Positions 36,718-39,480 of a stretch of DNA of 39,480 nt are shown piece after piece. The DNA lies in NCBI GenBank assembly GCA_913053615.1, contig CAJXHA010000001.1:1-39480 (forward strand), written 5' to 3'. How positions within the stretch are numbered: position 1 is the stretch's first letter; each line of letters begins with the position of its first letter. The DNA is from an uncultured Bacteriovoracaceae bacterium. GTDB lineage: Bacteria; Bdellovibrionota; Bacteriovoracia; Bacteriovoracales; Bacteriovoracaceae. The notes beneath the pieces were generated by a model. It worked only from the letters and a program-made list of their open reading frames with translations, did no database searches and was not told the origin of the DNA. Made by a program: the position numbers and the translations under genes.

Positions 36718-36744
36718 TAAGCTGTTTCAGCTAGAAACAGCTTA
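36718..36744 (+). terminator. Strong intergenic hairpin (no T-tract)
   Basis: TAAGCTGTTTC-agcta-GAAACAGCTTA forms an 11-bp perfect stem. It overlaps by 4 nt a second possible stem, CTTAAAAG (36692-36699) / CTTTTAAG (36714-36721). Confidence 0.4.
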
Positions 36745-36775
36745 ACTTAATCCCTCAACCTTACGAAAAGTAAGT

Positions 36776-37738
36776 ATGAAGTATATTTTACTTTTCATTC
36801 TTTCCACCCAAGCTTATTGCCAGGTTGATATTTTCCAAAAATATCTAGACGAGCTTGAATCAGGGAAAATTAACCGCTCAAATGTAGTCGATCACTTAGT
36901 AAATTATGAGAATCGACTTTACAGTGAAATTAATAGCTATTTTGATGAACTGGCCTTTGTCATGGATGAAAAGAATTTTATATCACTCGATGATCGTATG
37001 CTCGATGATTATCAAAATTGGAATAAGCATTTAAAAGATCACGATATCAAAAAGATCTTAAATGAAATCGCACAAGATCCGAGTGTGCTCAAAAAAAATC
37101 CACAATACATTAAAGCACTAAAAGAAAATAGAAAGTACGCTCACTTCATCCGACAAAGCTTTACTATATTTGATTCCAAGCACTCCCCTCCAAAATCAGT
37201 AAATAAATTTGTAAAAACATTTGGTAAGCTAAACGATGCGATTCTCGCAGAAAATGCAATTGCCACTAGAGAGCTTGCAAATAAATGCTCTGAGGCCCTA
37301 GCAAAAATCAAGAAAAAGAAAGTTCTTAAGGCCTATAACCCTGTTAGTAAAAAAGAGTTAAATAATTATCTTTCCAAAGTTAAGAGCAATACTCAAAAGA
37401 TTCTCAATGCACCAACTCACTCAGTTGATGATTTTCACACAATCAGAAAAGAATATAAGAAATTTCTGCATCTCTATTACAATCTAGAAGACCATACCCC
37501 CATGAATAAGTACCGTATGCTAAACGACTATATTACAAAGCTTGGGGAACTCAATGATGTCTACACAGATATCAAGTTCAGATTAAATATCGATTTAGAA
37601 GCTTATGAAATCCAATTTCCTAAAAGAGTAAATAAGCTTATGATCGAGGCCTATGACTATATGGAAGAAGACTTGAGATTCATTGAATTAGGTCAGAGTT
37701 GTTATTCAAATTTTAAACCTAAAGCATTTATCCCATAA
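36776..37738 (+). CDS. CHAD-like helical protein with signal-peptide-like N-terminus
   Basis: The pattern H-x-I-R...(L/F)-G-x-L-N-D occurs twice (AHFIRQSF...FGKLNDAIL and FHTIRKEYKKFLHLYY...LGELNDVYT), reminiscent of the two-lobed CHAD domain. The N-terminus is MKYILLFILSTQAYC. Confidence 0.4.
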   Translation: MKYILLFILSTQAYCQVDIFQKYLDELESGKINRSNVVDHLVNYENRLYSEINSYFDELAFVMDEKNFISLDDRMLDDYQNWNKHLKDHDIKKILNEIAQDPSVLKKNPQYIKALKENRKYAHFIRQSFTIFDSKHSPPKSVNKFVKTFGKLNDAILAENAIATRELANKCSEALAKIKKKKVLKAYNPVSKKELNNYLSKVKSNTQKILNAPTHSVDDFHTIRKEYKKFLHLYYNLEDHTPMNKYRMLNDYITKLGELNDVYTDIKFRLNIDLEAYEIQFPKRVNKLMIEAYDYMEEDLRFIELGQSCYSNFKPKAFIP

Positions 37739-37832
37739 TCGATAGTAAGAATAATTGCTTTAGTATGAGGCTAAAACTAAGTGAATGAGACCTTTAAAGA
37801 TTATAATTATTATTAATTAAATGTAGGTTGCT

Positions 37833-38168
37833 ATGAATTTCAAAAGACTCTACTTAATAACAGTTAGCATATTAGCAATAACTTTCTTATTTATTTTTAA
37901 CAGATTAGAGTACCCCTTGTTTTTATACATTACAGGTATAGTAACAATATTATCACTTAGAGCTAAAGCAACAATTAAACTTAAATACATTACTTTTCTC
38001 ACCTTAAATCTTATGTTTAATTTTGCAACTATTGTTGATGTAAATATTAATATAAAAGAAGAAGAGTTAGTAATCAAATTACTTCACTTACTAGGCACGT
38101 TTATAGTTATTTTGTTCTATTTTAAAAAAAATAATCACAAGGAAAATGCAGGAGAGGATCGGATTTGA
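37833..38168 (+). CDS. Small 3-TM membrane protein, unknown; its 3' end is encoded by the tRNA-derived repeat
   Basis: It has hydrophobic segments. The last codons, gca gga gag gat cgg att tga, lie inside the 21-bp tRNA-Cys fragment, so the ORF end may be fortuitous. Confidence 0.35.
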   Translation: MNFKRLYLITVSILAITFLFIFNRLEYPLFLYITGIVTILSLRAKATIKLKYITFLTLNLMFNFATIVDVNINIKEEELVIKLLHLLGTFIVILFYFKKNNHKENAGEDRI

Positions 38169-38171
38169 ACC
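38151..38171. repeat. Orphan 21-bp copy of the tRNA-Cys 3' end (candidate att remnant)
   Basis: GGAGAGGATCGGATTTGAACC is identical to 38324-38344, which covers the acceptor 3' strand plus the T-arm of the tRNA. Extended by four bases on the low-coordinate side, 24/25 match. Confidence 0.85.
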
Positions 38172-38183
38172 TTATGCCTGCGT

Positions 38184-38208
38184 AAAAAGCTTCCGGTGGA
38201 AGTTTTTT
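38184..38208 (+). terminator. Rho-independent terminator-like hairpin
   Basis: AAAAA-GCTTCC-ggt-GGAAGT-TTTTT forms 5 bp plus a G-U pair, followed by a T-run. Confidence 0.5.
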
Positions 38209-38280
38209 ATGCTGAGCCTTGAATGAAATGAATGCTTTAGCATGAATGTAATGAAAGGGAGGTGAAAATGCGGTGCTCTT

Positions 38281-38315
38281 AAATAAAAAAACAGAGCTTA
38301 AGCTCTGTATTTTTA
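38281..38315. terminator. Bidirectional rho-independent terminator immediately 3' of tRNA-Cys
   Basis: The perfect 18-nt palindrome ACAGAGCTTAAGCTCTGT (38291-38308) is flanked by AAAAAA and TTTTT. On the minus strand it is followed by TTTTTTATTT and starts 11 nt after the tRNA CCA end. Confidence 0.8.
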
Positions 38316-38319
38316 TTTA

Positions 38320-38397
38320 TGGAGGAGAGGATCGGATTTGAACCGACGGCTTTACAGTTTTGCAAACTGTTCCCTTGGACCACTCGGGCACCTCTCC
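38320..38397 (-). tRNA. tRNA-Cys: tRNA-Cys (anticodon GCA), CCA encoded
   Basis: The minus-strand sequence GGAGAGGTGCCCGAGTGGTCCAAGGGAACAGTTTGCAAAACTGTAAAGCCGTCGGTTCAAATCCGATCCTCTCCTCCA folds as a cloverleaf. The acceptor stem is GGAGAGG/CCTCTCC and the anticodon stem is ACAGT/ACTGT with loop TTGCAAA. The T-loop is TTCAAAT and the discriminator is U, as expected for bacterial tRNA-Cys. Confidence 0.85.
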
Positions 38398-38410
38398 CCA
38401 CTAGTAGCTT

Positions 38411-38439
38411 ATAATCAAGGATGGAGACCAATCTGTCAA
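38411..38439 (-). promoter_or_regulatory. Sigma70-type promoter for tRNA-Cys
   Basis: On the minus strand: TTGACA (38439-38434), a 17-nt spacer, then GATTAT (38416-38411). The -10 ends 13 nt before the tRNA 5' end. Confidence 0.45.
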
Positions 38440-38457
38440 TAAATTTAGTGCTTTATA

Positions 38458-38718
38458 TTACTTTCTGGCCACCCTTAGGCTTAACTTCATTGGTGATAAG
38501 GCCTTATTTATACTCTCCATACTTGGATTGCCTGTGTCATTTTCAATCTGATAAATGGTTTTTTTGGTCAGACCGACCTTTTCACCAAACTCTGTTTGGT
38601 TCATATCATAGAGTGCCCTAATTAATTTCACGGCCTCAGAGACTTTTAAATCTCCCCTCTCAACCTTGTGCATTAATTCTTCTCTCGCCTGTAATCTCTC
38701 TTCTTTGCTTCTTTTCAT
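38458..38718 (-). CDS. XRE-family helix-turn-helix protein (putative antitoxin of the upstream HipA-like kinase)
   Basis: MNQTEFGEKVGLTKKTIYQIENDTGNPSMESINKAL is a classic HTH_3 motif. ATGA overlap with the hipA-like stop (38715-38718). Confidence 0.75.
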   Translation of the reverse strand: MKRSKEERLQAREELMHKVERGDLKVSEAVKLIRALYDMNQTEFGEKVGLTKKTIYQIENDTGNPSMESINKALSPMKLSLRVARK

Positions 38719-39480
38719 AAATTCTCTTTTATAAATTCTTGTAACTTCTTAGTTAATGGATCTTTCTTTATCCAAGCTTGCGTGCGAATTTCAGGTGCTA
38801 AATTCTTAGTGCTTGCAAGGTTTTCTAGTTTTTCTAAATCACTTAGAACCATTTTAAAAATATTTTCGACTTCGCTTTTTTCAAGTTCTAAGTTTGTTAG
38901 TAAAAATTGTTTCATGTGTGCAAAATCAACAATTGAATTTTCCTCTTCTTTCCATCTAATGACTCTAATAATTCCTTCGTCATCTAAAGTCATCGGAGCA
39001 AAGTCATAGAGAGGGCTTAGTCTGAGTGAGCGATCTTCTTTTTTTATAAATGCACTATTGCGAGCATGATTATCTGTATTTCCCATAGCGATATTTAAAA
39101 AGTCGCGGCGAAGATACTCTAAACAATCAGCTCTATAATCAGTGGAATATTTTTTGATGGCCATAAGTACATCTTCAATAAAGTGCCTTTCCCCAAATTG
39201 GAAATCACCTAAAAGACTACTAAGACTCTCCATACCGTAACGTAAAGTTTCTCCATTATCTAAGTATACTCGATCAAATCTTTCCATTAAGAGCATGTCT
39301 TTATACAAGGTATATTCTTTAAATGTATTTAATCCCAGCTCAATGGCCATATCCATATAGACCTTTTCAGCTTGTAGAATTTCTCTATCCTGTTTCGCTT
39401 TTGATTTTGGTAATTTAATAATAAAGCTTTTTTGAATAAGCTCTTCTTTTAGTGCTCCATCGATTGAATAGTTTTGATCT
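38715..39480 (-). CDS. hipA: HipA-family Ser/Thr kinase toxin (5' partial, runs off the window end)
   Basis: MLLMERFDR, GNTDNHARNSAF (catalytic D-x-H-x-x-N loop) and LSPLYDFAPM (Mg-binding Asp) are HipA_C hallmarks. I translated 39357-39479 by hand and the frame stays open (…DQNYSIDGALKEELIQKSFIIKLPKSKAKQDREILQAEKVY-MDMA…). The ATG at 39356 is therefore internal. Confidence 0.8.
   Translation of the reverse strand, partial: DQNYSIDGALKEELIQKSFIIKLPKSKAKQDREILQAEKVYMDMAIELGLNTFKEYTLYKDMLLMERFDRVYLDNGETLRYGMESLSSLLGDFQFGERHFIEDVLMAIKKYSTDYRADCLEYLRRDFLNIAMGNTDNHARNSAFIKKEDRSLRLSPLYDFAPMTLDDEGIIRVIRWKEEENSIVDFAHMKQFLLTNLELEKSEVENIFKMVLSDLEKLENLASTKNLAPEIRTQAWIKKDPLTKKLQEFIKENL

Noticed and set aside
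38255-38270. The minus-strand reading TCACCTCCCTTTC resembles the 3' end of 16S rRNA (anti-SD)
   Set aside because: This is simply the complement of a strong SD. No rRNA-like sequence surrounds it.
1086-39009. Other short embedded or antisense ORFs from the track: 1086-1277, 2010-2192, 3309-3527, 5133-5333, 8960-9295, 10365-10565, 11631-11831, 15073-15285, 15096-15302, 15729-16037, 27994-28218, 30758-30961, 34389-34661, 34631-34870, 37850-38077, 38421-38621, 38782-39009
   Set aside because: Each is nested within or opposite a longer ORF that has clear family motifs or signal peptides. The translations are Leu/Ile/Phe/Ser-rich with no motifs, as expected by chance in AT-rich DNA.

Overview
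AT-rich bacterial chromosomal window with about 34 protein genes and one tRNA-Cys. I saw no rRNA, CRISPR array, transposase or integrase. At least 19 of the proteins start with a signal peptide or lipobox. The content includes a vWA/RCC1 propeller, a 2028-aa IPT/TIG lipoprotein, a TolB/Kelch propeller, a secreted PLD, papain-like hydrolases and a Gly-rich beta-helix-like protein. This resembles a marine Bdellovibrio-like predator (Halobacteriovorax/Bacteriovorax type), but the taxon is only an inference. Housekeeping-type genes are ggt, a Nu-class GST, a PIG-L deacetylase, a SAM methyltransferase and a DUF819-like permease. Main observations: (1) A roughly 3.8-kb, visibly more AT-rich islet (11301-15053) is bracketed by a perfect 37-bp direct repeat that duplicates the stop codon and last 10 codons of ggt. 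It carries mazEF plus an uncharacterised lipoprotein/TPR/membrane module and has no recombinase. (2) A histidine kinase has an N-terminal membrane domain that matches, residue for residue, the copper/ethylene-binding domain of plant ETR1-type receptors. It sits in an apparent operon with a CheY-like receiver, a secreted papain-family peptidase and an overlapping small secreted protein. (3) A 21-bp duplicate of the tRNA-Cys 3' end lies 173 bp from the tRNA. A reversed-order hipA-HTH pair sits directly upstream of the tRNA. (4) A 1118-aa secreted protein carries a HipA/PI3-4K-like catalytic-loop signature. All functional calls come from motifs read by eye in the supplied translations. No database search was run.
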